DNA of 64,000 nucleotides from Anaeramoeba ignava BMAN (taxonomy: Eukaryota; Protista; Anaeramoebae). This document shows positions 1 to 13,000 of this stretch, piece after piece. A program made the position numbers and the translations under genes. Each line of letters starts with the position of its first letter. Position 1 is the first letter of the stretch. The notes below the pieces were generated by a model. That model worked only from the letters and a program-made list of their open reading frames with translations. It did no database searches and had not been told where the DNA came from. The stretch lies in assembly GCA_028826165.1 (NCBI GenBank), contig JAPDFW010000018.1, forward strand, positions 14,682 to 78,681, given 5' to 3'.

Positions 1-202
1 TTTTTAATTTAATTTTTATTTAATTTTTTAATTTAATTTTTGTTAATTTTATTTTTTAATTTAATTTTTATTTAATTTTTTTAATTTAATTTTTTAATTT
101 AATTTTTTAATTTAATTTTTATTTAATTTTTTAATTTAATTTTTTAATTTAATTTTTTAATTTAATTTTTTAATTTAATTTTTTAATTTAATTTTTTTTT
201 AG

Positions 203-3200
203 TCATGTTATTGGATATCGTCTTGCTCCTCATTTAGATAAAATTATTCCTTCATCTCTTCCATATTGCCAAAAAGAAAAATACGAAACTGATTATGATC
301 TCCGAGAAACATGTTTACAAGTAAAAAAAATTAATTTAAACAAATCAATTTAAACAAATCAATTTAAACTCATTTTAAAATCAATTTAAACAAATCAATT
401 TAAACAAATCAATTTAAACAAATCAATTTAAACAAATCAATTTAAACAAATCAATTTAAACAAATCAATTTAAAATCAATTTAAAAATCAATTTAAACAA
501 ATCAATTTAAACAAATCAATTTAAACAAATCAATTTAAAAATCAATTTAAAATCAATTTAAAAATCAATTTAAACAAATCAATTTAAACTCATTTTAAAA
601 TCAATTTAAACAAATCAATTTAAACAAATCAATTTAAACAAATCAATTTAAACAAATCAATTTAAAATCAATTTAAAATCAATTTAAAATCAATTTAAAC
701 AAATCAATTTAAAAAAATCAATTTAAAATCAATTTAAAATCAATTTAAAAAAATCAATTTAAAATCAATTTAAACAAATCATTTTAAAATCATTTTAAAA
801 TCAATTTAAACAAATCAATTTAAAATTTTAATCATTTTTTTCTTTTCAAAATTTTTTTTAGTCTTATGAATCATTTGTTTCAACTTCACCAAAAGAAGTT
901 GCACCTTATATTAAATCATTTATTGATATTTGTATTAATTTAATTTCACATGATCCTAATTATTTACCAGATGATGAAAGTGAAGATGAAGATTCTGAAA
1001 GTGAAGATCAAGATGAAAGCGATAATGGAGATGATGAAGATGATAGTGATATTGATGATGAGTAATTTTATAAATGATTTAATTTTAATTTTAATTTTAA
1101 TTTTAATTTCAATTACAACTTTAATTTTAATTTTAATTTTAATTTTAATTTTTAAAATATTTTAGAGTTGATGATGATGATCTTAGTTGGAAAGTTAGAA
1201 AAGGAAGTGCAAAATTATTATCTGCTTTATTCAGAACAAGACCTGAACAATTAGATACTTTCTATAAAGAAGTTGCTCCAGTTTTAATTGGACGTTTTGA
1301 TGAAAGAGAAGAAAATGTTAAAGTAAAATTTATTTAATTTTATAAATGAATTTTATAAATGAATTTTAAATTTAATTTTGAATTTTAGCTTTCAGTTTTT
1401 GAAGCTTTTAGAGAACTTCTTGCACAAACTGAAGCAATGATGAGTGCACAAAAAGGACATTTGTAAAGAAATAAATGAAATGATTTTTTTCAACTATAAA
1501 AATTAAACAACATTTTTTTAATTTTAAAATTATTTAGGGAATCTTTGGATATTTTAAATGATAATATTGATAAGATTGTTAAACAATTAGCACTTTCTTT
1601 AAAACAAACAAGTTTGAAAACTCGAGTTGGAGCACTTTCATTGATTACTAGTTTATCCAAAGTGACACCCAAATCATTAGAAGATCAAATTGGAAAATTA
1701 ATTCCTGGAATTCAATTAGCATTAAAAGTAATTTTAATTTTAATTTCAAAATGAATTTTAATTTTAATTTTAAATTTTAATTTTAATTTCAAAATGAATT
1801 TTAATTTTATTTAATTTCAAAATGAATTTTTAGGATAAATCTCCTTCAAACTCTAAACTTATTATTCACTCTCTTTCAACAATTAATAACTTAATTTCCA
1901 ACACAGAACCAAAAGCATTTATTCCACACATTGAATCCTTTTTATCAGTTATTCTTGAATTAACACAAGATAAACATTTCAAAATTTCATCAGAAGCACT
2001 TAAAGTGTGCAAAAATATAGCAATTGTAATCAAACCAGTTGAAAATTCCGATCAAAAAATTGATTCTAAAAAAATTGGAAAAGAAATTTATGAAGCAACA
2101 TTTTCATTATTAAAAGAAACTGCAGTTGATCAAGAAGTGAAAGAAGCAGCAATTGATTCAATGGCAACAATTTTATCACATTTTGGAAATGAACTTGGAA
2201 ATGCGGAACAAGCATTGCATTTATTATTAGAAAAACTCAGCAATGAAATTACTCGTGTTGCAGGAATCAAAGCTTTCCAATTAATTGCAGAGTCGCCAAT
2301 TAAAGGTATTTTAAACAAAGTTCTTCCGAAATTAATTGAAACACTTGCTCAGTTACTCCGAAAGAAGAAAAAGATTCTTAAACAAACTTCAATCCGAACT
2401 CTCGAGACTATTCTTAAGTATTATGGTGCAGATTTGCCAAAAGAATCTTATACTAAATTATTTATAGAATTATCCAATTTGATTCAAGATCAAGATCTTT
2501 ATTTGGCACATTTAACAATGCGTTTGAGTTATACAATTTTGGAGTCTTATCCTGTGATGGCGAAACAAGTAGTTGATCATATTTTACCTAAAGTATTGAA
2601 TTTATCTGGAAGTCCATTACTTCAAGGTGTTTCATTGCGTGTAAGCGAATATTCATTTAAAATTAAAATTAAAATTAAAATTAAAATTAAATTAAAAATT
2701 CAAATTTATTTTGAAATTCAAATTAAAAATTCATTTTGAAATTAAAAATTTATTTTGAAATTCAATTAAAAAATTAAAATTAAAATTAAAATTAAAATTA
2801 AAATTAAAATTAAAATTAAAATTAAAATTAAAATTAAAATTCATTTTGAAATTAAAAATTCATTTTGAAATTTAAAATTTATTTTGAAATTTAAAATTCA
2901 TTTTGAAATTAAAGACAATGCTCACCTTCTTCTCAAAACTCGTCCCAGCTACTAAATCCCTTCTCAAATTCGACGATTTCATTCAACCATTAATCAAACT
3001 TGTTCTTGAACAAAATTCAAAAGAAATATCAAAACAAATATTCACATCAGTACCGCAAATAATCGCAGCAATCTGCCAAAGCTCTGACGAAAAGGAGGTA
3101 AAGAAACTAGTCTCTCGATTTGTATCCGACGTTCAATCCAACAAGGATCAAATCACGATTATTCTAGCATTATGCGCACTTGGGGAGATTGGACGCAACA

Positions 3201-4384
3201 TGGATTTATCATATGTATCCAACCTTCAGAAAGTAGTTCTTGGATGTTTCAACAACAGCTCGGAAGACATTAAGGCAGCAGCCTCGTTCTCGTTCGGGAA
3301 CTTATCAGCAGGAAACATGGACTTCTTTCTTCCTGTTATTTTTGAACGAATCCAAAAAATTCCAAAAGAACAGTATCTTCTTTTTAGATCCTTAAGAGAA
3401 GTCATCTCTCGAAACGCCGACAGCGAGCGCGGATTGCAGATCATTAAACCACATATTTCTAAGCTCCTTGAGATCCTGTTTCTTAACTGCGAGAACGAAA
3501 ACGAGGGAACAAGAAATGTTGTCTCGGAATGTCTCGGAAAATTGGCACTTTTTGATCCCGTCAAATTAATACCCGAATTAAAGAAACACACAACATCGGC
3601 ATCGCCATTAATCCGAACTTCCGTAGTCTCCGCATTCAAATATTGCATCACCAAGGATGATGCAGCAGACTCTGTAATCCAACAGTATGTGGGAGATTTC
3701 ATGGAATGTTTGGGCGACAAAGATTACATTGTCCGAAAATCCGCATTAAATACACTTAACTTCATCGCGCATTCCAAGCCAGCTTTAGTGCGCGATTTGA
3801 TCCCGAAAATTTTATCCAAGCTTTACTCGGAAACTATCATCAAGCCCGAGCTTATTCGCGTGATCAAACTGGGACCATTTACGCATGAAATTGACGACGG
3901 TCTCGAAAACAGAAAGGCAGCTTTCGATACAATGAACACGCTTCTCACAACATCGTACAATCTCCTCAACATCTCCGACTTCATTGCTCATGTGCAGATC
4001 GGAGTTGACGACTCTTCTGATGAAGTTATTACTTCCGCTTTTGGAATTCTTAACCGTTTAATTGTCATCAATAAGGATGTTGTCAGATCATCCTTAGATT
4101 CATTTGTAGAGCCTCTTAAGAAAATCGTCACTAAGCGTCTTAAGCCTGATGCCGTCCAGCAAGAGATCCAAAAGAACGAAGAGGTTATTGCTAATGCTCT
4201 CAGTGTTATTGTTAATCTCAAAAAAATTCCTGATTCTGAAAGAGCTTTGAAATTTACTGAATTTATTCAACAAACTATCCTCAGAAATTCAGACTTGAAA
4301 GCTAAATTCGAAGCTATTGAACAGGGTAAACCTGATGATTTGGATGACCATTATCTTTCTCAATCTTCTCGTCAGAATGATTGA
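203..4384 (+). CDS. CAND1: Cullin-associated NEDD8-dissociated protein 1, 5' end upstream of the window; exons ~203-320, 862-1061, 1166-1322, 1389-1462, 1538-1727, 1834-2640, 2915-4384
   Basis: Spliced translation gives DPNY[21 protein letters not shown], [42 protein letters not shown] and [19 protein letters not shown], all CAND1 HEAT-repeat signatures; GT-AG junctions keep the frame. Confidence 0.95.
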
Positions 4385-4589
4385 TTTCTCTAATTTTTTT
4401 TTTCTTTTTTTTTCTTTTCTTTTCTTTTTTTTTTACTTCTTCTTTTTCAATCATTCTTTTTTTCTTCTTTTCACAATTACAAAAACAAAAACAATTACAA
4501 AAACAATTACAAAAACAATTACAAAAACAATTAAAAATTGATTCAATTGATTCAAACATTTTGAAATTAAACAATTTTAATTTTTAATT

Positions 4590-5445
4590 TTAATAATTTT
4601 TAATAAATTATTTATATTTTATTTCTATTTTATATTGAAATTAAATTTTATTTGATTAAATTATTATTTTTGATTATTTATTCTTTTTATTTTGAAATTA
4701 AATAATTTTAATAAAAATATTTAATTAAATTTAATAATTTTGAATAATAAATTATTTATATTTTATTTCTATTTTATATTGAAATTAAATTTTATTTGAT
4801 TAAAATTATTTTAAATATTTTCTTTTTATTTTGAAATTTATTTTTATTCTTTTTAAATTTAATTTTTAAAATTTAAATTTCTATTTTTAATTTTTAATAA
4901 AAATATTTTTGATTTTATTTTTAAATTTAAATAATTTTGAATAATATTATTTATATTTCATTTATATTTTATATTGAAATTATTTTATTTGATTTATTAT
5001 TTTTTAATTATTTATTCTTTTTTATTTTTGAAATTAAATAATTTTAATAAAAATATTTAATTTTAATAATTTAAAAAAATATATTTTATATTTTATTTTA
5101 TTTTATATTTAAATTAAATTTTATTTGATTAAATTATTATTTTTTTATTTATTTTTTATTTTGAAATTAAATAATTTTAATAAAAAATTTAATTAAATTT
5201 AATAATTTTGAATAATAAATTATTTATATTTCATTTCTATTTTATATTGAAATTAAATTTTATTTGATTAAATTATTATTTTTAATTATTTATTCTTTTT
5301 ATTTTGAAATTAAATAATTTTAATAAAAATATTTAATTAAATTTAATAATTTTGAATAATAAATTATTTATATTTCATTTATATTTTATATTTAAATTAA
5401 ATTTTATTTGATTAAATTATTATTTTTGATTATTTATTCTTTTTA
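4590..5445. repeat. AT-rich tandem repeat, ~143-bp unit, ~6 degenerate copies
   Basis: tatattgaaattaaattttatttgattaaattatt recurs near 4631, 4776, 4970, 5103, 5243 and 5386. Confidence 0.7.
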
Positions 5446-5483
5446 GAAGTTTTGAAAAAGAAAAATAAAAAGAAATTTGAATT

Positions 5484-7121
5484 TTAAATGAAATAAGTTT
5501 CAATTTCTTCAGTATTCCAATCATTCATTCCTGTATCTTCATCATAATAACGAATAAAATAACCATAAGATTCATCAGTTTCAGATTGAATTCCATCAGG
5601 AAGTTTGTAACTAATTCCAAAATTTGAATCACCACTACTCAAACCATATTTAAAATAAATATCATCTCCAAAACTTGGTCCGTTTTTTGGATCATAATAA
5701 ATTGCATATTTTTCTTGTCTTTTTTTAATTGGAAATTTCTTTGGTTTTCTTTTAGTTATATCATTTCTTAATGAAAAAATAAATGCATTTGGATCAATAA
5801 TAGATCCATTGTTTGAATTTCTATCTTGTTTTTCCATTTTGATTTATCAGTTGTAAATCCAACTGAAGTAAATCCTCCAAAAATACAATTATCACTTGTT
5901 GCTTTGATAATAATTAATGTTTTTCCTTTATTATCACATTTTGAATGCCATTTTTTACAATCAAATCCATCTCGTTTTGCTGAATATCTTAGTTTCATTT
6001 TATAAAAGAATTCATCATCATTTATCCATTTTTTTAATTTCTTAATATGTTCTTTTTTTTGTGTAATTGTTGATTCAAATCTAAATCTTGGTTTGAAAAT
6101 GAATAAATTTGAATTTTCTTTTTCTTTTTTTTCAATAAATTTTTTTAATTCTTTTTCATCTTCATCTTTTTCATTTTCATTTTGAATTTTTTGAAATTGA
6201 ATTAATTGTTGTGAAATTTGATTTGGAATTAATTCTTGTTTCAAAGTATCTTTAAGTTCTTGTTTTGAGAAATCAATAAATCTGATTTTTTGAATAATAT
6301 TTGAAATTTGATCTTGTAATTTTTCTTTTTCTTCTTTTTCAAGTTTTTGAATTGATTTTTTTTGATTAATATTTAATTTATGTTTTCCCCATTTAATTAT
6401 TGATTGAAAAAGTTTAAATTCATTTATTTGAATATCATGATTTGATAAAATTGAATTTAAATGATTTTCTTCAAGTTCAAGAATAAGTGAAGTTTTAATA
6501 AATTTATCAAAATTTTTTGAAATAAATTTATAAGAATAATTCAATAATTGATTTATATTCATTGAATCAGATAATTTAAGAATATCAACAATAGTATCAA
6601 ATTTAAAATTCTTTTTGATAAAATGTGAACAAAATTCAATTAAATCATCAATTAAATATTTTGATGAAAAAATTAAAATTTGAATTGCATTTTCTAAATT
6701 AATTTCAATTTTTCCTGAATAAAAATAATTCAAAATTGGAAATAGAATTGAACTTGGAAACATCTTTTAAAATTAATTTATTTTCTTGATATTCTTTCAT
6801 TTTAGTTTTAAAAAGAGTTTTAAAATATTCACTTCTTGAAGAAAGAATTGATTTATGAGTTTTAAATGAAGTTTTATTTTGTTCACAAATTATTTCAAAA
6901 TCAAAATAACTTTCATCTTCTTTTTCATTTTGATTTTGATTTTGATTTTCATTTTGATTTTGATTTTGATTTTGATTTTGATTTTGATTTTGATTTTGAT
7001 TTTGATTTTCATTTTGATTTTCATTTTGATTTTCATTTTGATTTTCATTTTGATTTTCATTTTGATTTTGATTTTGATTTTGATTTTGATTTTGATTTTG
7101 ATTTTCATTTTGATTTTGATT
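5484..7121 (-). pseudogene. BTB-BACK-TLDc protein with two frameshifts (~6760, ~5830) and no start codon of its own
   Basis: YFDFEIICEQNKTSFKTHKSILSSRSEYFKTLF (BTB, ~6900-6765), then ORF 5768-6763 (BACK; RYSAKRDGF, WHSKCDNKGKTL, FGGFT = TLDc), then ORF 5484-5837 (AFIFSL, GPSFG, EEIETY). Confidence 0.75.
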
Positions 7122-7970
7122 TTATTTATTGTTTTTAACCATTTTATTCTTAATTGATTGCATTTCTTTTTCTAATTCTTCAAACTCAATTTTTCTCGAT
7201 TGATAATCTTCGAACAATTTAGGATTTTTCTTCATTTGAATTTCTTGTTTTATTTGGTTTTCTTTCATTTTAAAAACATCCCTTTCTTGAATTAATTTTT
7301 TCAATTCAATCCTTTTATTAAAAATTTCTATTTTAATTTTTTTCGATTTTTCTTTAAGAGATTGATTTTCATTTCTTAAAAAATGCAATTTTACCACAAA
7401 ATGAGTTAAAGAATGAGTCACAGTTTCAAATGCTTTTTTCGCTTTTTCAATTTCTTTTTTTTTTTCTTCAATTAAATCATTAAGTCTTTCATTTTCTATT
7501 TTTAATTGTTCAAAATCCATTAATTTCACACTTTCTTTTGAATAAATCAAAGAATTTTTATGTTCATTTTTAATTTCATTACTTTTTTTTCTAACTTCAA
7601 TTAATTTTTGATCAATTACTTCAAATTCTTTTATTAATTTTTCCTCTTTTATTTTTTCTATTATTTTTTTTCTTTCTTTTTGTAATTCTTTTAAATTTAT
7701 TTTCTCTTTTATTGTTTCTTCTTTAATTTTCTTTTTTTCAATTTCTTTTTCAATTTCTTTATCATTTCTAATTTTTTCCAATTCAAAAAATTTTGAAATG
7801 AGTTTTTTTAAACTTTTTTTTGCAATTTTTTCATTTGATATTTTTTTTTCCATTAGATTTGAATTTGACATTGAATTTGAATTTGAATTTGAATTTGAAT
7901 TTGAATTTGAATTCATTCTTTCTGTAATTATTTTTGTTAATAGTTTATTTTTGAATAAAATTTCATCCAT
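7122..7970 (-). CDS. CCDC96/CFAP184-like coiled-coil protein (DUF4201 family); upstream exons possibly missed
   Basis: LMDFEQLKIENERLNDLIEEK...VTHSLTH..KLHFL and PKLFEDY match the DFEQLKIEN signature of CCDC96/CCDC113. Confidence 0.65.
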   Translation of the reverse strand: MDEILFKNKLLTKIITERMNSNSNSNSNSNSNSMSNSNLMEKKISNEKIAKKSLKKLISKFFELEKIRNDKEIEKEIEKKKIKEETIKEKINLKELQKERKKIIEKIKEEKLIKEFEVIDQKLIEVRKKSNEIKNEHKNSLIYSKESVKLMDFEQLKIENERLNDLIEEKKKEIEKAKKAFETVTHSLTHFVVKLHFLRNENQSLKEKSKKIKIEIFNKRIELKKLIQERDVFKMKENQIKQEIQMKKNPKLFEDYQSRKIEFEELEKEMQSIKNKMVKNNK

Positions 7971-8079
7971 TATCTTTATTATCTTTATTATTTTCTAAGT
8001 AAAAAATTGAACTTTCCAAAAATTTCCTAAAAAAAAATCTCAACAAAAACTAAAAACCAAAATAAAAAACATTTTGAAA

Positions 8080-8570
8080 TTGATTTAAAAAAAAACATTT
8101 TGAAATTGATTTAAATTTAGAAATTGATTTAAATTTTGAAATTGATTTAAATTTAGAAATTGATTTAGATTTTGAAATTGATTTAAATTTTGAAATTGAT
8201 TTAAATTTTGAAATTGATTTAAATTTTGAAATTGATTTAAATTTAGAAATTGATTTAAATTTTGAAATTGATTTAGATTTAGAAATTAATTTAAATTTAG
8301 AAATTAATTTAAATTTAGAAATTAATTTAAATTTTGAAATTAATTTAAATTTTGAAATTGATTTAAATTTTGAAATTAATTTAGATTTAGAAATTAATTT
8401 AAATTTAGAAATTGATTTAGATTTAGAGATTGTTTGAGATTTAGAAATTGATTTAAATTTAGAAATTGATTTAGATTTAGAAATTAATTTAAATTTTGAA
8501 ATTAATTTAAATTTTGAAATTAATTTAAATTTTGAAATTGATTTAAATCTAGAAATTGATTTAAATTTTG
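8080..8570. repeat. 18-bp minisatellite (gaaattgatttaaatttt / gaaattaatttaaattta)
   Basis: Direct tandem repeat; produces the spurious SISKFK ORF. Confidence 0.85.
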
Positions 8571-8981
8571 TTTTGCATTTAAAAAAGAAAAAAAAAACAA
8601 ATCCCGAATAATAAAAAAATTTTTTTTCAATATTAAATTCTCTTGAATTAACAAAAAAAAAAGACACACATAAATTATTAAATAATAAACTTGTTTTCTT
8701 TTTTAAATTTTTTTTTTTATAATTTTTTTTTGAAAAATTTGTTCCTTTTCTTTTAATTGATAAAAAGTAATTGAATTAAAGGAAACAAAACAAATTCAAA
8801 TTAGAATAAATGTTGTAAAAAAGGGGAATGAAAAAGAAAAGAAGATAAAATCAAGAAGAAGAAGAAGATAAAGAAAAAAAATTTTGCTTTTTTTTTTTTC
8901 GGTTTTTTTTTTTAAGCATTTTTTGTTTTTTTTTGTAAATGATTTTTTGTAAATGATTTTTTGTAAATGATTTTTTAAGCT

Positions 8982-9536
8982 TTAAAGTAAATCAGTTCGG
9001 ATTTTTCTGACTAAATCAAGATCACTTCTCATAATAGTAACTCTTTTAGCATGAAGAGCACAAAGATTAGTATCTTCAAGAACATCAACAATAAACGCTT
9101 CAGTTGCTTCTTGAAGAGCAGCAATAGCAGCAGTTTGGAATCTCAAGTCAGCCTTGTGTTCTTGGGCAATTTCTCTAACAAGTCTTTGAAAAGGCAATTT
9201 TCTCAAAAGTAATTCCGTTGATTTTTGGAATTTTTTGATCTCGCGAACCGCAACTGTTCCTGGTTTTGTTTTTCTTTGCTTTTTTGCTGCTGTTTGTTTT
9301 ACCGCTTTATGTCCCTTTCTTGCTTTTTGTCCCTTTTGTGCTGTTTTATGTCCCTTTTGTGCGGTTTTATGTCCTTTTTGTGCTGTTTTATGTCCTTTTT
9401 GTCCTTCTCTTGCTGTTTTATGTCCTTTTTGTCCTTTCTGTCCTTTTTGTCCTTTTCTTCCTTTTTGTCCTTTTGTTCCTTTATGTGGTCTTTTCCCACT
9501 TGTTGATTTCTTTCCTGTTGATTTTGTTCTTGCCAT
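8982..9536 (-). CDS. Histone H3 variant with an expanded repetitive N-terminal tail
   Basis: MARTK start; [59 protein letters not shown] histone fold; intronless. Confidence 0.95.
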   Translation of the reverse strand: MARTKSTGKKSTSGKRPHKGTKGQKGRKGQKGQKGQKGHKTAREGQKGHKTAQKGHKTAQKGHKTAQKGQKARKGHKAVKQTAAKKQRKTKPGTVAVREIKKFQKSTELLLRKLPFQRLVREIAQEHKADLRFQTAAIAALQEATEAFIVDVLEDTNLCALHAKRVTIMRSDLDLVRKIRTDLL

Positions 9537-10059
9537 TTTTTTTTTTGTGTTAAATGTTTTTAAATTTTTAATTCAAAAATCAAATTAGAAAAAAAATATT
9601 TGATTTGGTTTTTTAAAAAAGAAATGAAAAAAATGATTTTCAAAATTTTTTTTTTTTAAAATTAAAATTTTTTTTTTTTTTAATTGGGGGCATAATTAAA
9701 AAATAAAAAATAAAAAAATAAAAATTAATTATTTGAATTTGTTTTTTTTTTGCTTTTTCTTCTTCTTTCATTTCTTTTTTGATCAAATTTTTGAATAGAT
9801 AAATATGAATTTAAATCTATTTTTTAAATAAAAAAGTAATTTTAAATTAAATTTAGAATTTCTTTTATTTCTTTTTTTTTTATAATTAAAATAACTTAAA
9901 AATTTTCAAAAACAAGAAAAATTTTAAGTTAATTCCAAATCTCTAAATTTAAAAAAATTTCCAAAAAAAGAAAGATTAATTTATTTTTTTTTTTTCAAAG
10001 AAATACGTAATAAAAACATAATTATTTGCAAAGCTTATTTTCCAACAAATCACTTTGAT

Positions 10060-13000
10060 CAATTTAATCAATTTAATCAATTCATTTCAATTTAATCAAT
10101 TTAATCTATTCATTTCAATTTAATCAATTTATTTAATATCAATTTAATCTATTTATTATCAATTTAATCAATTTAATCAATTTAATCAATTTAATCAATT
10201 TAATCGATTTAACATCAATTTAATCAATTTAATCAATTTAATAAATCCTTTTTTTTTTTCCATTTAATTTAATCTATTTATTATCAATTTATTATCAATT
10301 TATTATCAATTTATTTTAATCAAATTACCCATCAATTTATTTCATATCAATTTATTATCAATTTAATATCAATTTAATATAAATTTATTATCAATCAATT
10401 TAATATCAATCAATTTAATATCAATTTAATATCAATCAATTATCAATTTATTTCAATCAATTTAATCAATTTAATATCAATTTTAATATCAATTTAATAT
10501 CAATTTAATATCAATTTATTATCAATTTAATATCAATTTAATATCAATCAATTTAATATCAATTTATTTCAATTTAATATCAATTTAATATCAATTTATT
10601 ATCAATTTAATATCAATTTAATATCAATTTATTTCAATTTAATATCAATTTAATATCAATTTATTATCAATTTATTATCAATTTATTATCAATTTATTTC
10701 AATTTAATATCAATTTTATTATCAATTTATTATCAATTTAATCAATTTTTATCAATTTATTATCAATTTAATATCAATCAATTTAATATCAATTTAATAT
10801 CAATTTATTATCAATTTATTATCAATTTATTATCAATTTAATATCAATTTAATATCAATTTAATATCAATTTAATATCAATTTAATATCAATTTAATATC
10901 AATTTATTCAATTTAATCAATTTAATATCAATTTAATATCAATTTATTATCAATTTATTATCAATTTAATATCAATTTATTATCAATTTTAATATCAATT
11001 TATTTATTATCAATTTATTATCAATTTATTATCAATTTAATATCAATTTTAATATCAATTTATTATCAATTCCAATCAATTTAATATCAATTTATTATCA
11101 ATCAATTTATTATCAATTTAATATCAATTTAATATCAATCAATTTATTATCAATTTAATATCAATCAATTTATTATCAATTTATTATCAATTTAATATCA
11201 ATTTAATATCAATTTATTATCAATTTATTATCAATTTATTATCAATCAATTTAATATCAATTTATTATCAATTTATTATCAATCAATTTAATATCAATTT
11301 AATATCAATTTATCAATTTAATATCAATTTATTTATTATCAATTTATTATCAATCAATTTAATCTATTCATTTCAATTTATTTATTATCAATTTATTATC
11401 AATTTAATATCAATTTATTATCAATTTAATATCAATTTAATATCAATTTATTTAATATCAATTTAATATCAATTTATTTAATATCAATTTAATATCAATT
11501 TAATATCAATCAATTTATTATCAATCAATTTAATATCAATTTATTATCAATCAATTTATTATCAATTTAATATCTATCAATTTAATATCAAATTATTATC
11601 AATTTAATATCAATTTATTATCAATTTAATATTAATTTATTATCAATTTATTATCAAATTATTATCAATTTAATATCAATAGAGGTTGGGATGGAATCCC
11701 TCTTGGTTCGCGGATATCTATATTTGGTCGCGGATGCTCTTTTGTATCCACGAACAAAAAATTATCCTCGAAATTTTTTTTTCCGTAGATGTTAATTGAG
11801 ATTCGCGAAAAATGATTAATTCGCTAAAATGAGGAAGTTCGGAAAATGTCCCTATTTGATCTCGGTGAATTATTTTGAAAAAAATTATTTTTAATCATTT
11901 TTTTCTTATGGAAAATTCGTTTTAATTTTATCAAAATTCTCAATAAAATCGCTAACTAATTATTCTTGAAGAATTTTCTGATAGTGAAGAAGAAATTAGA
12001 GATTTTGATTCAATAAAATTTGAAGAACTACAAGCAACTAATAATGAACAGAGATTAGAAATTCTAACCAATTTTGGATTTCAAGATTTTCTCAGTTTAT
12101 TTCAATCAGTCGAACTCGATTTTCAATATCAGGGAAGAGGAGCTAGAAGAATGAAGCAAACAAATGAAACAAATTTTCTCATGACCTTGGTATGGAAGAT
12201 TTTTTCAAGAATATTCATTAATGGTTGATAAAGCATATTATGATCTTCAAAATGAAATTCAAATTGTGATCCCTTTCAAAAAACCGAGAGGATGTGAACT
12301 CAATCAAGAAGAACACTTTTTTAATGTTAGATTATCTTCTTGTTGGATCCAAATTGAGCATTATTACGGAAGATTAAAAGTTCTATGACCATGCATGTCC
12401 AATACTTGGTGTTGAGAAAGAGAATATTTTTTATCAAAAAATTTTTGGAGTTTGTGTTTCCTTAACTAATTTTGAGATTCGATCTGGTCATTCTCTATCT
12501 TATAATGATTAAATTAAAAAGAAGAACAACAATCATTTTCATTTTTCAAATAATAATTTTTTTTCATAACAAATCTCTTTCTTTTTTTTCTCATTTCAAT
12601 TCCTTTTTCCTTTTGGAAATGAAAGAAAATAAAAAATTCTCAAAAAAAAAATTTTTTTTTATTCCGAACAACTTAAAATAAGCGGAAATCAATTTTTTCG
12701 CGAATAGATTGATTTCCGCGAACCAGAGGGGATTCCATCCCAACCTCTAATTTATTATCAATTTAATATCAATTTATTATCAATTTATTATCAATTTATT
12801 ATCAATTTAATATCAATTTATTATCAATTTATTATTAATTTATTATCAATTTATTATCAATTTATTATCAATTTAATATCAATCTATTTATTATCAATTT
12901 AATATCAATCAATTTATTATCAATCAATTTAATATCAATCAATTTAATATCAATTTATTATCAATTTAATATCAATTTAATATCAATTTATTATCAATTT

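Noticed and set aside
8050-8667. 205-aa SISKFK ORF and the other ILIL/KIKI/YIYI/FDFD ORFs (6866-7157, 19268-19456, 20219-20867, 49563-49883, 55637-55850, 61118-61378, 63189-63760)
   Set aside because: These are stop-free translations of microsatellites, or antisense/alternative frames of low-complexity exons
8982-9536. Assignment as centromeric CenH3
   Set aside because: Canonical loop-1 length, retained ARTK N-terminus and retained Q68/F84-equivalent residues; not fully excluded
9225-9588. Cys-rich CPFC-repeat ORFs on the + strand
   Set aside because: Antisense shadow of the histone H3 tail repeats
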